Positions 20,347 through 31,133 of a stretch of 64,000 nucleotides of DNA are shown here, piece after piece. The translations under genes and the position numbers were made by a program. Location: positions 3,248 through 67,247 of the forward strand of contig JAZOWZ010000067.1 of NCBI GenBank assembly GCA_045659485.1. Reading direction: 5' to 3'. Below the pieces are notes generated by a model. That model was not told the DNA's origin. It was given only the letters and a program-made list of their open reading frames with translations, and ran no database searches. Source of the stretch: Faecalimonas sp. Lineage in GTDB: Bacteria; Bacillota; Clostridia; Lachnospirales; Lachnospiraceae. Position 1 is the first letter of the stretch. Every line of letters begins with the position of its first letter.

Positions 20347-22548
20347 TTACGGTGTCTCTGGGGGAGTAAGATTCACATCTTCCACTTCTTGTTGTGATAG
20401 TGGATCTTCGGATTTCAAAATCAACGTTCCATTTCGAAAAACATATTCTGGTGAACGTCTAAACACACGACTGCTAGAACCCACCTGACAAATCTCAATA
20501 ATATCGCCCTCTTCTAAGATTAACTTCTTAGACTCAATCTGCGTATCATTGATAAAAATCGGTCTGGCTTTTTTTGTTCCATTGAGATAAATATAACTTC
20601 GTGAAGTCATATTTTCTCCGTAAATCGTATATCTGTCTTCCAATAGCGGCTGAATGTCTGTAATGACAACATCCTTAATTCCCATTTGGAATGTTCCGTC
20701 TACCTGTGGGGCATTTTCAATACCACCGTAGACATATCGCTGGCCATAAAGCATATCGTATTGGAGCATTTCCAAATCAGCCAGATAATCCTTTGTCTGA
20801 CGTCTAGTCTGATGATAATTGAATACTGTTCCTGAATGAATCCCAACTTGATTCAATACTTCCGCCATCAATTGGTATGCAGGAAGATTGCGGTCTTGTT
20901 TTTTCAGGCCAATGTTATCCCAGATAACATAATTGGTATTAAATAAATATCGACTCTTTAAATCGTTTGCCTCCAATCCCATTGTTGGCAAGTGATCACC
21001 GTAAAGAACCAAGACCGTTGGCTCCTTACGCTTTTCTATCTCACTAATCAACTCAGAGATGAATTGGTCTGTAGCGTGCAAATGATTTACAAAATATTCC
21101 CACTTAATTTCTGTCTCTTCATCCTCAATGCCTTCCACTTCAATCAATGGATTTTCAATCTTATGGTCATAGGAACCGTGACCTTCTACAGAAATACCAA
21201 AAACGAAGTCTTGTTGCTCTGTAGAATTCAATGCATTGAGAATATGCTCCGTTAAGATGGCATCCGTCGCCCAGCCTTCTTCGGTGAATTCCAAGACATT
21301 CATAAATTCTTCGCTGGTATAGCTGTCAAATCCCATCTTATTAAACACATCTGCTCGGCTATAGAAGTTTCCTCCATTATTGTGTAACGCATGTGCACCA
21401 TAGCCAAACTCTTTTACAGCCGTAGCCACACTCTCCATTGGCTCATACTTTGCCTTCGTCTTGTATGGATATTCGCCCGGTCCAAAGTAACGCATACTCA
21501 TCCCCGAAAGCACTTCAAACTCTGTATTTGCAGTACCTGCACCTACAGATGGCACTTTGAAATATCCAGTGCTATATTCCTTCTGAAGCTTGTGGAATGT
21601 CGGAATCGGATCCTTTGTAGTTGTAAAAAATTCCGCTTCGTTTGTATCAAAAAATGATTCTAGTTGAATCACGATGATGTTTGGCATCTCGTTCTCTTTA
21701 CGGGTACTTGTAACTTTAGATAATTCTCCATCCTTTACCACTTGCTGAATTTTCTTTTCACTATATCCACTTGGCTCATCAATACCGGTATCAAACACGC
21801 TAGCACTAAAGCAGTATGGCAAACCATAATCCTGATAAGCAAATGCGATGTTTCCAAAATAGTTCGAAACTACACGTTGGTCAATCGCCCAATCCGTCAT
21901 TTTTCCCATAGTAGCAAATGCTACTACAACAACAATAATCGCTGGAATTCGAAACATTTTTCCTTGATACTGTCCACCACGTACCCACATATAAACGAGC
22001 CATACAAGCACTGCCAAGATTCCTAAAATCAACATAATTCCTTGGAATCCAGTAAAATACTTGTCAAGCATTGTGGTTACGTCGGTAATCATATTCAAAT
22101 CCTGCGCATTAAACGGTGTCACACGGACACTTAGCATGTAACCGTTGACACATCCGATAACGAACCAAAACACACTGATAATAATACGCAAAAACACACG
22201 TCTTCTCACGATATATACCAACAAGAAAGTGATAAATATCATATAGCTGTTGAATAAAAATGTCCATGGCGATGTTACCATATATTCCCAGGCCGGGAAG
22301 AAACTATGTCTTGAAATAGACTCGATGACAAGGTTAATAACACACGCCCATAAAAATTGCAAAGGGAGAGAAAAACGGTTCATCCACAGATAAATCGGTG
22401 CCATTTTTTTTGCAAACACACTGTTTCTCTTTTTCTCTAGCCAAGCCTCTTTTCGTTCTTTACGTGTACTCCAATATTCTTTTAACGCGGCAAATTTTGT
22501 TTTAACAAATTCTTTTATATCTTCTTTTCGAAATTGTAAACGTTTCAT
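20347..22548 (-). CDS. LTA synthase family (sulfatase-like) membrane protein
   Basis: N-terminal TMs; PNIIVIQLESF, GAGTANTEFE, HGSY, YGDHLP. Confidence 0.88.
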   Translation of the reverse strand: MKRLQFRKEDIKEFVKTKFAALKEYWSTRKERKEAWLEKKRNSVFAKKMAPIYLWMNRFSLPLQFLWACVINLVIESISRHSFFPAWEYMVTSPWTFLFNSYMIFITFLLVYIVRRRVFLRIIISVFWFVIGCVNGYMLSVRVTPFNAQDLNMITDVTTMLDKYFTGFQGIMLILGILAVLVWLVYMWVRGGQYQGKMFRIPAIIVVVVAFATMGKMTDWAIDQRVVSNYFGNIAFAYQDYGLPYCFSASVFDTGIDEPSGYSEKKIQQVVKDGELSKVTSTRKENEMPNIIVIQLESFFDTNEAEFFTTTKDPIPTFHKLQKEYSTGYFKVPSVGAGTANTEFEVLSGMSMRYFGPGEYPYKTKAKYEPMESVATAVKEFGYGAHALHNNGGNFYSRADVFNKMGFDSYTSEEFMNVLEFTEEGWATDAILTEHILNALNSTEQQDFVFGISVEGHGSYDHKIENPLIEVEGIEDEETEIKWEYFVNHLHATDQFISELISEIEKRKEPTVLVLYGDHLPTMGLEANDLKSRYLFNTNYVIWDNIGLKKQDRNLPAYQLMAEVLNQVGIHSGTVFNYHQTRRQTKDYLADLEMLQYDMLYGQRYVYGGIENAPQVDGTFQMGIKDVVITDIQPLLEDRYTIYGENMTSRSYIYLNGTKKARPIFINDTQIESKKLILEEGDIIEICQVGSSSRVFRRSPEYVFRNGTLILKSEDPLSQQEVEDVNLTPPETP

Positions 22549-22561
22549 GATTCAACCTCTG

Positions 22562-25210
22562 TTATTTTCTCAAACCTGCAAGTCGCATCTTTACCTGTTC
22601 CATCATTTGTGTGTATTTCTCTAATTTTGCCTTTTCCTCGTTAATTTTTGCCTCCGGTGCTTTGCTGATAAATCTCTCATTGCTAAGCATACCATTGACA
22701 CGAGCAAGTTCTTTCTCTAATCTTGCTTCTTCTTTTGTCAGACGTTCGATTTCCTGTTCAAAATCTACTAACTCTGCCAAAGGCAAATATACAACTGCAT
22801 CTGTAACTACTACAGATACTGCATCTTCATCGATGCCTTCCTTTGTACACTGAATCAGCAATTCACTTGCGCTCATAAGTGGCGCTGCTGATGCCTTCAT
22901 TGTCTCAAATCCTTGGCATAACTCTTGATTTTCACAGATAACATATGTCTGTGCTTTTCGGCTTGGAGCTACATTCATTTCTGCACGAACATTACGCACT
23001 CCGCGGATAATCTCTTTCATATGTTCCACAATATTTTCTTCTTTTGCGAAATTCCATTCTTCTTTATATTGTGGCCATGTAGACATCATAAGTGATTCTT
23101 CTTCTGGAACTAATGCACTATAAATTTCTTCCGATACAAACGGCATAAATGGGTGCAAGAACTTAAGTCCATTTGCCAATACCGTTTTCAATGTCCAAAG
23201 TGCTGCATTCGCTGCTTTTGGATTTTCCTCAGCATGCCAAATACGATATTTTGCAAGCTCAATGTACCAATCACAGAACTCGTCCCAAATAAAGTCATAT
23301 ACCTTTTGAAGCGCAATACCAAGTTCGAACTTGTCCATATTGTCAGTAACATCTTTGGCAAGTGTATTCACTTTTGAAAGCAACCACTTGTCCTCTACTG
23401 ACAACTCTTCATTCGAAGGAACGGTAATCTCTTTTTCTTCCATATTCATCATAATGAAACGCGATGCATTCCATACTTTGTTTGCAAAGTTACGGTTTGC
23501 CGCTACTCTCTCATCATAGAATCTCATATCGTTACCAGGTGCATTACCTGTAACGAGAGTCATACGAAGCGCATCTGCACCATATTGTTCAATGACTTCT
23601 AGTGGATCAATACCATTTCCTAAAGATTTACTCATCTTGCGTCCTTGAGAGTCACGCACTAATCCATGAATAAATACAGTGTGGAATGGAGATTTTCCAG
23701 TGTGAGCATATGCTGAAAATACCATACGGATTACCCAGAAGAAAATAATGTCATATCCTGTAACCAACACATCTGTTGGATAGAAATAATCCAGTTCTTC
23801 TGTCTGTTCTGGCCAACCAAGTGTCGAGAATGGCCATAATGCAGAACTAAACCATGTATCTAGTGTATCTTCATCTTGTGTAAAATGTGTGAATCCACAG
23901 TGTGGACATTTCTCTGGCATACTTCTTGCCACAACAAATTCACCACATTTATCACAGTAATATGCAGGAATTCTGTGTCCCCACCAAATTTGTCTAGAAA
24001 TACACCAGTCACGAATATTCTCTAACCAGTGCAAATAAATCTTATCAAAACGTTCTGGAACGAACTTCAATTCTCCAGTTTTCAAAGCATTGATTGCTGG
24101 TTTCGCAAGTTCTTCCATCTTTACAAACCACTGTTGTTTGATCAACGGCTCAACCGTAGTTCCACAACGGTCATGAGTACCTACATTGTGAGAATGGTCT
24201 TCAATCTTTACAAGATATCCCTGTTCTTCCAAATCAGCAACAATTGCTTTTCTCGCCTCATAACGATCCATACCTGCATATTTGCCACCAAGTTCATTGA
24301 TGGTTGCATCATCGTTCATCACGTTGATTTCTGGAAGGTTATGTCGCTTTCCAACCTCGAAGTCATTTGGGTCATGGGCTGGTGTAATCTTTACAGCACC
24401 TGTTCCAAATTCTTTATCTACATAATAATCTGCAACAATCGGAATCTCCTTATTCACAAGTGGAAGAAGTACCATCTTTCCAATAATGTCTTGATATCTC
24501 TCATCATCTGGATGTACTGCAATCGCAGTATCTCCAAGCATTGTCTCTGGACGTGTCGTTGCAATCTCTAAGAATCTATCTGTTCCTACGATTGGATACT
24601 TGATGTGCCAGAAATGTCCTGCTTGTTCCTCATGTTCTACTTCGGCATCAGAAAGAGATGTCTTACACACTGGACACCAGTTGATGATTCTTGAACCTTT
24701 GTAAATGTATCCTTCTTCGTATAACTTGATAAATACTTCTTCTACTGCTTTTGAGCATCCTTCATCCATAGTAAAACGCTCTCTATCCCAGTCACAAGAA
24801 GTACCAAGTTTCTTAAGTTGAGAAGTAATCGTACCACCGTACTCTTCCTTCCACTCCCAAGTTCTTTTAAGGAAACCTTCTCTTCCTAATTCTTTTTTAT
24901 CAATACCCTCTTTTTTGAGTTGCTCTGTTACTTTTACTTCCGTAGAAATGGCCGCATGGTCTGTTCCTGGTACCCAAAGCGCATTATATCCTTGCATTCT
25001 CTTGTAACGAATCAAAATATCCTGCAAAGTGTTATCCAATGCATGTCCCATATGCAATTTCCCCGTAATATTCGGTGGTGGCATAACAATTGTAAATGGC
25101 TTTTTACTTCTGTCCACCTCTGCATGAAAATATTTCTTTTCACACCATTTCTCATAAAGCTTTGACTCAATCTCTTTTGGATTGTATGTTTTTTCCAGTT
25201 GCTTACTCAT
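22562..25210 (-). CDS. valS: valine--tRNA ligase
   Basis: [34 protein letters not shown]-terminal coiled coil. Confidence 0.98.
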   Translation of the reverse strand: MSKQLEKTYNPKEIESKLYEKWCEKKYFHAEVDRSKKPFTIVMPPPNITGKLHMGHALDNTLQDILIRYKRMQGYNALWVPGTDHAAISTEVKVTEQLKKEGIDKKELGREGFLKRTWEWKEEYGGTITSQLKKLGTSCDWDRERFTMDEGCSKAVEEVFIKLYEEGYIYKGSRIINWCPVCKTSLSDAEVEHEEQAGHFWHIKYPIVGTDRFLEIATTRPETMLGDTAIAVHPDDERYQDIIGKMVLLPLVNKEIPIVADYYVDKEFGTGAVKITPAHDPNDFEVGKRHNLPEINVMNDDATINELGGKYAGMDRYEARKAIVADLEEQGYLVKIEDHSHNVGTHDRCGTTVEPLIKQQWFVKMEELAKPAINALKTGELKFVPERFDKIYLHWLENIRDWCISRQIWWGHRIPAYYCDKCGEFVVARSMPEKCPHCGFTHFTQDEDTLDTWFSSALWPFSTLGWPEQTEELDYFYPTDVLVTGYDIIFFWVIRMVFSAYAHTGKSPFHTVFIHGLVRDSQGRKMSKSLGNGIDPLEVIEQYGADALRMTLVTGNAPGNDMRFYDERVAANRNFANKVWNASRFIMMNMEEKEITVPSNEELSVEDKWLLSKVNTLAKDVTDNMDKFELGIALQKVYDFIWDEFCDWYIELAKYRIWHAEENPKAANAALWTLKTVLANGLKFLHPFMPFVSEEIYSALVPEEESLMMSTWPQYKEEWNFAKEENIVEHMKEIIRGVRNVRAEMNVAPSRKAQTYVICENQELCQGFETMKASAAPLMSASELLIQCTKEGIDEDAVSVVVTDAVVYLPLAELVDFEQEIERLTKEEARLEKELARVNGMLSNERFISKAPEAKINEEKAKLEKYTQMMEQVKMRLAGLRK

Positions 25211-25236
25211 AGTTTCCTCCTATATCATCTGATGAT

Positions 25237-25460
25237 AAAAAACGCCCTCTGCAAATATGCAAAGGGCGAAAAATCGCGGTACCACCTTTATTTATACCTC
25301 ATTGGTTCGATAACGTGAACCACTCCGTGATATCCTACTAACCTTCAAATATCCGATTCAAAAGCTACCTTCTACATCCCGTTCTTCAAATCGCCTTGCA
25401 GCCCATGAGCGATTCTCTCTGTCAAGTGGTTATGTATACTCCTCTTTCTCACAATCTTTC
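25237..25460 (-). promoter_or_regulatory. T-box riboswitch leader (Val)
   Basis: Minus strand AAAGGTGGTACCGCG T-box (25275-25289); terminator CGCCCTTTGC..GCAGAGGGCG-TTTTTT; specifier context GAAG-GTA-GC (Val codon). Confidence 0.88.
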
Positions 25461-25503
25461 TTAATATAAACTATTGTTATCTTATCTTTCTACCACTAAT
25501 TTG

Positions 25504-26469
25504 TCAAGGTCTTTCCTTGTTCTGCTCCAACAAATATCCGAAGATATGCATACTAAGCTTCATGACATCGTGACGCAGTAAATTATTTTTTACCGTAACA
25601 TAATCTCCGCAAATCAAAGTATTTACTAAACGTTCTGTCTCTTCACGATTTAATTCCACGGCATCCTTTTGCTCTAAGGACTCGTAGCGCTTTGCCATAT
25701 CTTCGTCAATTTCTCCGTCATTTGCAATGACCACATCAATTTTACGTTTCCCTAAATACTGATTAATTAACTGTATATGGTCTGACACACGGAACCCCTC
25801 GGTCTCTCCTGGCTGTGTAACCATATTGCAAACATACATAACTTTCCCTTTACTTCGATCAATGGCATTCACAATCTCGTCGCAAATGAGATTTGGAATG
25901 ATACTTGTAAACAAACTTCCCATACTTAGAAGTATCAAATCCGCATCCTCGATTGCCTTCACTGCTTCCCGAGTCGGCACTGGTTCTTCCTTATAAAAGA
26001 CACGCTTGATTTTCTTATGGCTTACCGTAATATGATGTTCACCTTCCACGATGCTTCCATCTTCCATCTCACCCATAAGTACCACGTTATCTTCTGTTAA
26101 CGGAACCACTTTTCCTTTCAAGTTAAACACTTTACTAAGCGCTTCTATCCCATCTGATAGATTTCCGGTAATCTCTGAAGATGCCGTCAAAAGCAGATTC
26201 CCTACGGTATGACCATCCAAATCACTTGTGGTACGGAAACGATAGTTAAAGAGTTCCATCACAAGTGGCTCTGTCTCCGACAACGCAACCAGCACACGGC
26301 GAATATCCCCCACTGCTGGGATACTAAATTCTTCACGAAGTATCCCCGTACTGTTTCCATCGTCACACACTGACACGATTGCAGTCAAATCAACTGGAAA
26401 CTCCTTTAATCCTCGAAGTAACGTGGACGAACCCGTTCCACCACCTAATACTACAACTTTCTTTTTCAT
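25504..26469 (-). CDS. YvcK/GlmR family UDP-GlcNAc-binding protein
   Basis: VVLGGGTG, DDGNSTG-LR, GHTVGNL, GSLFTSIIPNL, TQPGET. Confidence 0.9.
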   Translation of the reverse strand: MKKKVVVLGGGTGSSTLLRGLKEFPVDLTAIVSVCDDGNSTGILREEFSIPAVGDIRRVLVALSETEPLVMELFNYRFRTTSDLDGHTVGNLLLTASSEITGNLSDGIEALSKVFNLKGKVVPLTEDNVVLMGEMEDGSIVEGEHHITVSHKKIKRVFYKEEPVPTREAVKAIEDADLILLSMGSLFTSIIPNLICDEIVNAIDRSKGKVMYVCNMVTQPGETEGFRVSDHIQLINQYLGKRKIDVVIANDGEIDEDMAKRYESLEQKDAVELNREETERLVNTLICGDYVTVKNNLLRHDVMKLSMHIFGYLLEQNKERP

Positions 26470-26472
26470 ATT

Positions 26473-27336
26473 TTACTGCCCTCTTTTTTTATTTCGATTC
26501 CAATTTCCTATTACTTCATTGACAGTAGACACCGTCACAAATGCATTTGCATCCGTCTCCTGTAAAAAGTTCATCAATGCAGCATATTCACTTCTAGCGA
26601 GAATGGTTACCACTTCGACTTTTTCCTCTTGATTAAAACCACCCTTTGCCTGATAAAGTGTCACGCCTCGGTTCAATTTTTTGACAATAAATTCCTGAAT
26701 CTCCGTATGGCGATTTGATAAAATACACACACGCTTTCTTCGATTAAAACCATTGATGAAATTATCCAAGATCACGCCATTGGCATAGGTTGCCAAGATA
26801 CCAACTACCACGGACTTCGTTTCATAAAAGAAAAAGCCCGAAATAGCAATACACATACCGCCAATAGTCACCGCTTGTCCCAAGTCTAAATGTGCAAACT
26901 TGTTCAATAATTTGGCAATAATATCCATCCCACCGGAAGATGCGTTGATATGAAATAAAATAGCCTGACCAATAGATACAATCAACAGATAACTGATCGT
27001 GTCTATCAACATATCATTCGTCAGCGACTGGAAATTCGGAAACGCCAGTTCAAAAATATATTGATAAATCGGCATAAGCACAGATGCATATACCGTCTTT
27101 GCTCCAAATTCTTTTCCCAAGAAAATAAAACCAATAATTAAAAGAAACACATTGAAAATCAACAAAATGGTTGAAACAGGAAGTGGAATCACATGCGAAA
27201 GCATAACACTAAGTCCAGTGATACTTCCTACTGCTGTGTTGCTTGGAATCATAAAGAAAAATACCGCAAATGCGATTAAAAATCCACCGATTGTAATCAA
27301 ACCATATTCCTTGATCATTTTACTTGTCTTATTCAT
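26473..27336 (-). CDS. YitT family membrane protein
   Basis: ASSGGMDIIA; C-terminal RGVT...D-NAFV domain. Confidence 0.85.
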   Translation of the reverse strand: MNKTSKMIKEYGLITIGGFLIAFAVFFFMIPSNTAVGSITGLSVMLSHVIPLPVSTILLIFNVFLLIIGFIFLGKEFGAKTVYASVLMPIYQYIFELAFPNFQSLTNDMLIDTISYLLIVSIGQAILFHINASSGGMDIIAKLLNKFAHLDLGQAVTIGGMCIAISGFFFYETKSVVVGILATYANGVILDNFINGFNRRKRVCILSNRHTEIQEFIVKKLNRGVTLYQAKGGFNQEEKVEVVTILARSEYAALMNFLQETDANAFVTVSTVNEVIGNWNRNKKRGQ

Positions 27337-27337
27337 A

Positions 27338-27892
27338 CTACACCCCAAAATTTTTTAAAATCAATTCGCAATACTCACGATACGCATCGGTTCCTTGCAT
27401 TGCCTCTCGAAGCGAATCTCTCACGCTTTTATAATACCACCCAATTACATTTTTATCCTTCATACGAAAACGATTCCAGAGTTCTTCTCCACATTCCGGA
27501 TAATCGCGATCAATGTCTCGCATATTGGAAAGCTTGTCCGCAAGCCCTATCATCTGAATCTCAATCGGCGCATCTTTTAATTTCTCTATCGTATGCGATT
27601 TTCGCTCCATCCAACTCTTTGACTTGTCTTCACTTTCCCCAGCCACCATAGCTGCCACACGTTCTGTGAACTTGTCAGCTATCTGGCTCTCAGTAATGCC
27701 TTCGCAATCCTCAATCGTGTCATGCAAAATCGCTGCACAAATCACCTCTTCGTCATCCGTTAATGCGGAGACTATCTTTCCCACTTCTAATGGATGCTGA
27801 ATAAACGGACGGGTCGTACCTTTTCGTACCTGCCCCTCATGTGCCTTTGTCGCAAATGTAATCGCTTGTTCTATCACGTTTGTATTCTCCAT
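27338..27892 (-). CDS. HD-domain small alarmone hydrolase-like (Mesh1/SpoT HD) protein
   Basis: AH-GQ-RK...PFIQHP, AAILHDTIED, ADKLSNMRD. Confidence 0.8.
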   Translation of the reverse strand: MENTNVIEQAITFATKAHEGQVRKGTTRPFIQHPLEVGKIVSALTDDEEVICAAILHDTIEDCEGITESQIADKFTERVAAMVAGESEDKSKSWMERKSHTIEKLKDAPIEIQMIGLADKLSNMRDIDRDYPECGEELWNRFRMKDKNVIGWYYKSVRDSLREAMQGTDAYREYCELILKNFGV

Positions 27893-27999
27893 TTCTCTAT
27901 TTTCAAATACATCATTATTATAATCCTTTTTCGCTTTTATTTCAAAAGATTTCGTAGTATAATAAATTTAATTTCAGAAACACGGAGGAATATAAATAT

Positions 28000-28734
28000 A
28001 TGGATAAAAAAACAGTACTTGTCACTGGCTCTTCAAGAGGAATTGGTCGTGCGATTGCATTGGCCTTTGCCCAAAGTGGCTATCACGTATTTTTAAATTG
28101 CAACCACTCAATTATCAGTCTCGAACACGTTCGTAGCGAAATCGAAGCCATTCCTGGTGCTTCCTGCGACCTTGTCATCGGCGATGTCGGAAACCCAGAT
28201 TCCGTAAGCGAAATGTTCAAGAAAATTCATAAATATTGCAACGGACTTGATGTATTGGTAAACAACGCTGGAATCTCACACATTGGACTTATGAGTGAAA
28301 CATCTGCGAAAGATTGGAACCGCGTAATTCAAACGAATCTTTCTTCTGCTTTTTACTGTTCACACGAAGCCGTTCCAAAAATGGTAGCAAAAAAAGGCGG
28401 AAAGATTATCAACATTTCTTCTATGTGGGGAACTTCTGGTGCTTCTTGTGAAGTGGCATACTCCGCTTCCAAAGCTGGTCTTCACGGATTTACAAAGGCC
28501 CTTGCCAAAGAGTTGGCTCCAAGTAATATCCAAGTAAATGCCTTGGCTTGTGGCGCAATCGAAACTACTATGAACGACCATTTGAGCGAGGAAGAGCGTT
28601 TGTCACTAGAAATCGAAATTCCAGCTGGACGTTTTGGAACTCCAGAGGAAGTGGCAGATATGGTGTTACAGATTGCAGAATCTCCAGCATATCTAACTGG
28701 ACAGATTATTGGAATTGATGGTGGTATGATATAA
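28000..28734 (+). CDS. SDR oxidoreductase, FabG/YmfI-like
   Basis: TGSSRGIG, VNNAG, ISSMWG..GASCEVAYSASK, YLTGQ-I-IDGG. Confidence 0.85.
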   Translation: MDKKTVLVTGSSRGIGRAIALAFAQSGYHVFLNCNHSIISLEHVRSEIEAIPGASCDLVIGDVGNPDSVSEMFKKIHKYCNGLDVLVNNAGISHIGLMSETSAKDWNRVIQTNLSSAFYCSHEAVPKMVAKKGGKIINISSMWGTSGASCEVAYSASKAGLHGFTKALAKELAPSNIQVNALACGAIETTMNDHLSEEERLSLEIEIPAGRFGTPEEVADMVLQIAESPAYLTGQIIGIDGGMI

Positions 28735-28761
28735 AATAGTGGCTCTATAACAAATTCTATG

Positions 28762-29262
28762 GTATAGGCCGGCGCATAGTGTAGATGTTGAAGAGATGTA
28801 GTGTTTTGCTACATCTTTTTCTTTTGCAAGCCAACTTTCAGAAACAAGTGTTTTGAGGTTGCCCATTTCACAGAAACTATTACACATATAAAAAGCAAAC
28901 TCACAGCCCTTTGTTTTTAGCGATATTATGTATGAGATAACATTGAAAGATTCTGTAGAATGCCTTGCAACTGCAGTTCGGAAAATGTGATAGCGCGGCA
29001 AACTGTCCGAACTTGTGAGTTTTTGACGCGCTATCATAATCATATCTCTGAACGCAGTTGCTAGGCATTCTAAAATCTTTCACCCTGTTGTCGATGACAT
29101 AATATCACTAAGAACTAGGTCTGCTCAAACATGCTTTTTATATATGACTTTTTGTGAAATGGGCATCTAAGAAACACTAAGTTTCTTGCAAATGCTTGCA
29201 AAAGAAGAAGATGTGTAAAAACACACATCCTCATTCACTAATCTCTATGCACCGGCCTATAC
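28762..29262. repeat. ~500-nt end-to-end imperfect inverted repeat (giant hairpin); candidate structured RNA or non-autonomous element
   Basis: At least eight nested complementary blocks symmetric about ~29012; outermost GTATAGGCCGGCGCATAG / CTATGCACCGGCCTATAC (17/18). Confidence 0.9.
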
Positions 29263-29270
29263 ACTTATAT

Positions 29271-30413
29271 TTATTTATATTCCCAATTAATCATAAACCG
29301 ATTATTTTCCGCATATTCACGATAAAAGCATTGCACATAATCGAGTCGATATCTTCTCCCTAAATATTGAGAAGCCGTATCCAAAAGTTCATCAATAATT
29401 ACTTTCGATGCCTGATCATAAAGTTCCCTATTTGCAAACTTAAAGGTTGTACTCGCACCTTTTTGATTGATAGTCTGTTTCATTGCATTCAATAAAACCT
29501 GCTTATCCGCTGTCTCATAATACATATGATTTAAGCGATAATAATCTAGTTCTTCTGAATCACACTCTGGATATTCATATGTTGTACTCTTTTCATGAGT
29601 TTTTTCTACTCCTGCATCGCTACAACACAGATAATCATAAATGACTTTCACATCGTCTTTTCGAGTATCATCCTCTGAAAATACAGGATCTCCCCACGTT
29701 GCATCCACATGGTAATATGCTCCATTGCATAAAACGATATTCCATGCATGCGCCTCTTTTCCTTTATCACTCGTGGCATCTCCCACAACGTATATGCAAG
29801 GAATTCCCATCTGTTCTAGCAAATATTGCATTTCCTTCGCATATCCTGCGCACACAGACTCTTTTCTCACCAATGAACTATAGATATTTTGATTGTCTGG
29901 CGCCTCATCCACATAAGCAACTTGATTTACAATGTACTCATACACATATTTGATTTTTTCATACTCGCTATATCCCTGTGGAATATTTTCTATAATCTGT
30001 TCAGCTGCCCCTTGAACTTCTTGCTCTCTTTTCGCACGTTCTTCCTTAGAACACACATAAGTCGGCTCTACCACAACGTGTGCTGGAAATTCATATCCCG
30101 TAGAAGTAACCTCGCCGTCTGTCCAAAATAATTCAGGAAAATCATAGAGAACGGTAAATAAAATTTCGTTTGTCACTTCCCCATCTGTCCCATGTACAAT
30201 AAATTCCGGCTCTTGATTAAGTAACCCTTGATAAATTTCACGATATACCGTTTTTTGTTCATCTGTATACTGCTGATAATAATATTGTTCTTCAAACAGA
30301 GCTTCATTCACTTGCACTTCCACATATTCTGGCAAGAAAATGCATCCGCTAAACAGCAACATTCCCAATAGAACTACCACAGATATCCCTATTTTTTTCG
30401 CTATATTTTTCAT
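29271..30413 (-). CDS. transglutaminase-like domain lipoprotein
   Basis: FSGC lipobox; VCAGYAK, HAWN, HVDATW Cys-His-Asp triad. Confidence 0.85.
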   Translation of the reverse strand: MKNIAKKIGISVVVLLGMLLFSGCIFLPEYVEVQVNEALFEEQYYYQQYTDEQKTVYREIYQGLLNQEPEFIVHGTDGEVTNEILFTVLYDFPELFWTDGEVTSTGYEFPAHVVVEPTYVCSKEERAKREQEVQGAAEQIIENIPQGYSEYEKIKYVYEYIVNQVAYVDEAPDNQNIYSSLVRKESVCAGYAKEMQYLLEQMGIPCIYVVGDATSDKGKEAHAWNIVLCNGAYYHVDATWGDPVFSEDDTRKDDVKVIYDYLCCSDAGVEKTHEKSTTYEYPECDSEELDYYRLNHMYYETADKQVLLNAMKQTINQKGASTTFKFANRELYDQASKVIIDELLDTASQYLGRRYRLDYVQCFYREYAENNRFMINWEYK

Positions 30414-30425
30414 ATTAAATCCCCT

Positions 30426-31121
30426 TTAAATGAAAAACTTTCTTTCCATTGCCTCCCTTGCTGGACGGCAAATTCCCAAAAAGATAAGTAAACCACCAAT
30501 GAGTACCAAACTAACCATTGGATAGAAGGACCACCCTATAAATTGTATTTTTTCAAAAGTAATTCCCAATAAAAACTCCATAAGAAGCATCATGCCACCT
30601 GTCGCCATAAATGCTCCACCAAAAATATACAGTGCACCTCTTCGCACATATTTTAATAGTGTAACCGTCGTAACAACAATCACCGCAATACACCCCAAAA
30701 TTGGAAGTGCGAAGGTCAAGAACCACGTCCCCTCTACTGCCCAATTTAAATAGAAAAGATATAATCCAACTGCAGCAAACGAACAAGGCACAAATATCAC
30801 TGGATTGGGCTTCTTAAACCACAATGGCAACACAAACATTACATACAAAAGTGCCAATGCACCTGCCACAATTCCTGACCAAGTAATTGCGCCAGTAAAG
30901 CGCAAATCACATACGAGAACTGTCAATAGCGGAATCACAAAAACCGCTGTAAAAAAGATCGGAAGTCCCAATGCTTTTTCCTCTGGCGCTGGATATTTTC
31001 TTTTTGGATAAATGGCATTGATCTCTTCTCGTTCAATATCTGGATGATATGCTTTAGTTCCACATAAAGGACAGATTTTTTCACTATCCGCTAGCTTCAC
31101 TCCACATTTTACACAATACAT
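30426..31121 (-). CDS. zinc-ribbon membrane protein (DUF6320-like)
   Basis: MYCVKCG...CPLCG followed by ~6 TMs. Confidence 0.7.
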   Translation of the reverse strand: MYCVKCGVKLADSEKICPLCGTKAYHPDIEREEINAIYPKRKYPAPEEKALGLPIFFTAVFVIPLLTVLVCDLRFTGAITWSGIVAGALALLYVMFVLPLWFKKPNPVIFVPCSFAAVGLYLFYLNWAVEGTWFLTFALPILGCIAVIVVTTVTLLKYVRRGALYIFGGAFMATGGMMLLMEFLLGITFEKIQFIGWSFYPMVSLVLIGGLLIFLGICRPAREAMERKFFI

Positions 31122-31133
31122 AATTTTTCTCCT

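Noticed and set aside
6875-27892. Small alarmone synthetase plus HD hydrolase as a toxSAS toxin-antitoxin pair
   Set aside because: They are 20 kb apart in housekeeping context, and the synthetase looks like an ordinary RelP/RelQ.
28693-29083. 116-aa and 60-aa ORFs inside the giant hairpin
   Set aside because: No RBS or domain motifs; one overlaps the SDR gene antisense. Treated as chance ORFs.
28762-29262. Giant hairpin as 6S RNA, retron msr-msd, CRISPR array or terminator
   Set aside because: Far longer than 6S RNA or a terminator; no reverse transcriptase in the window; no direct repeat-spacer periodicity.
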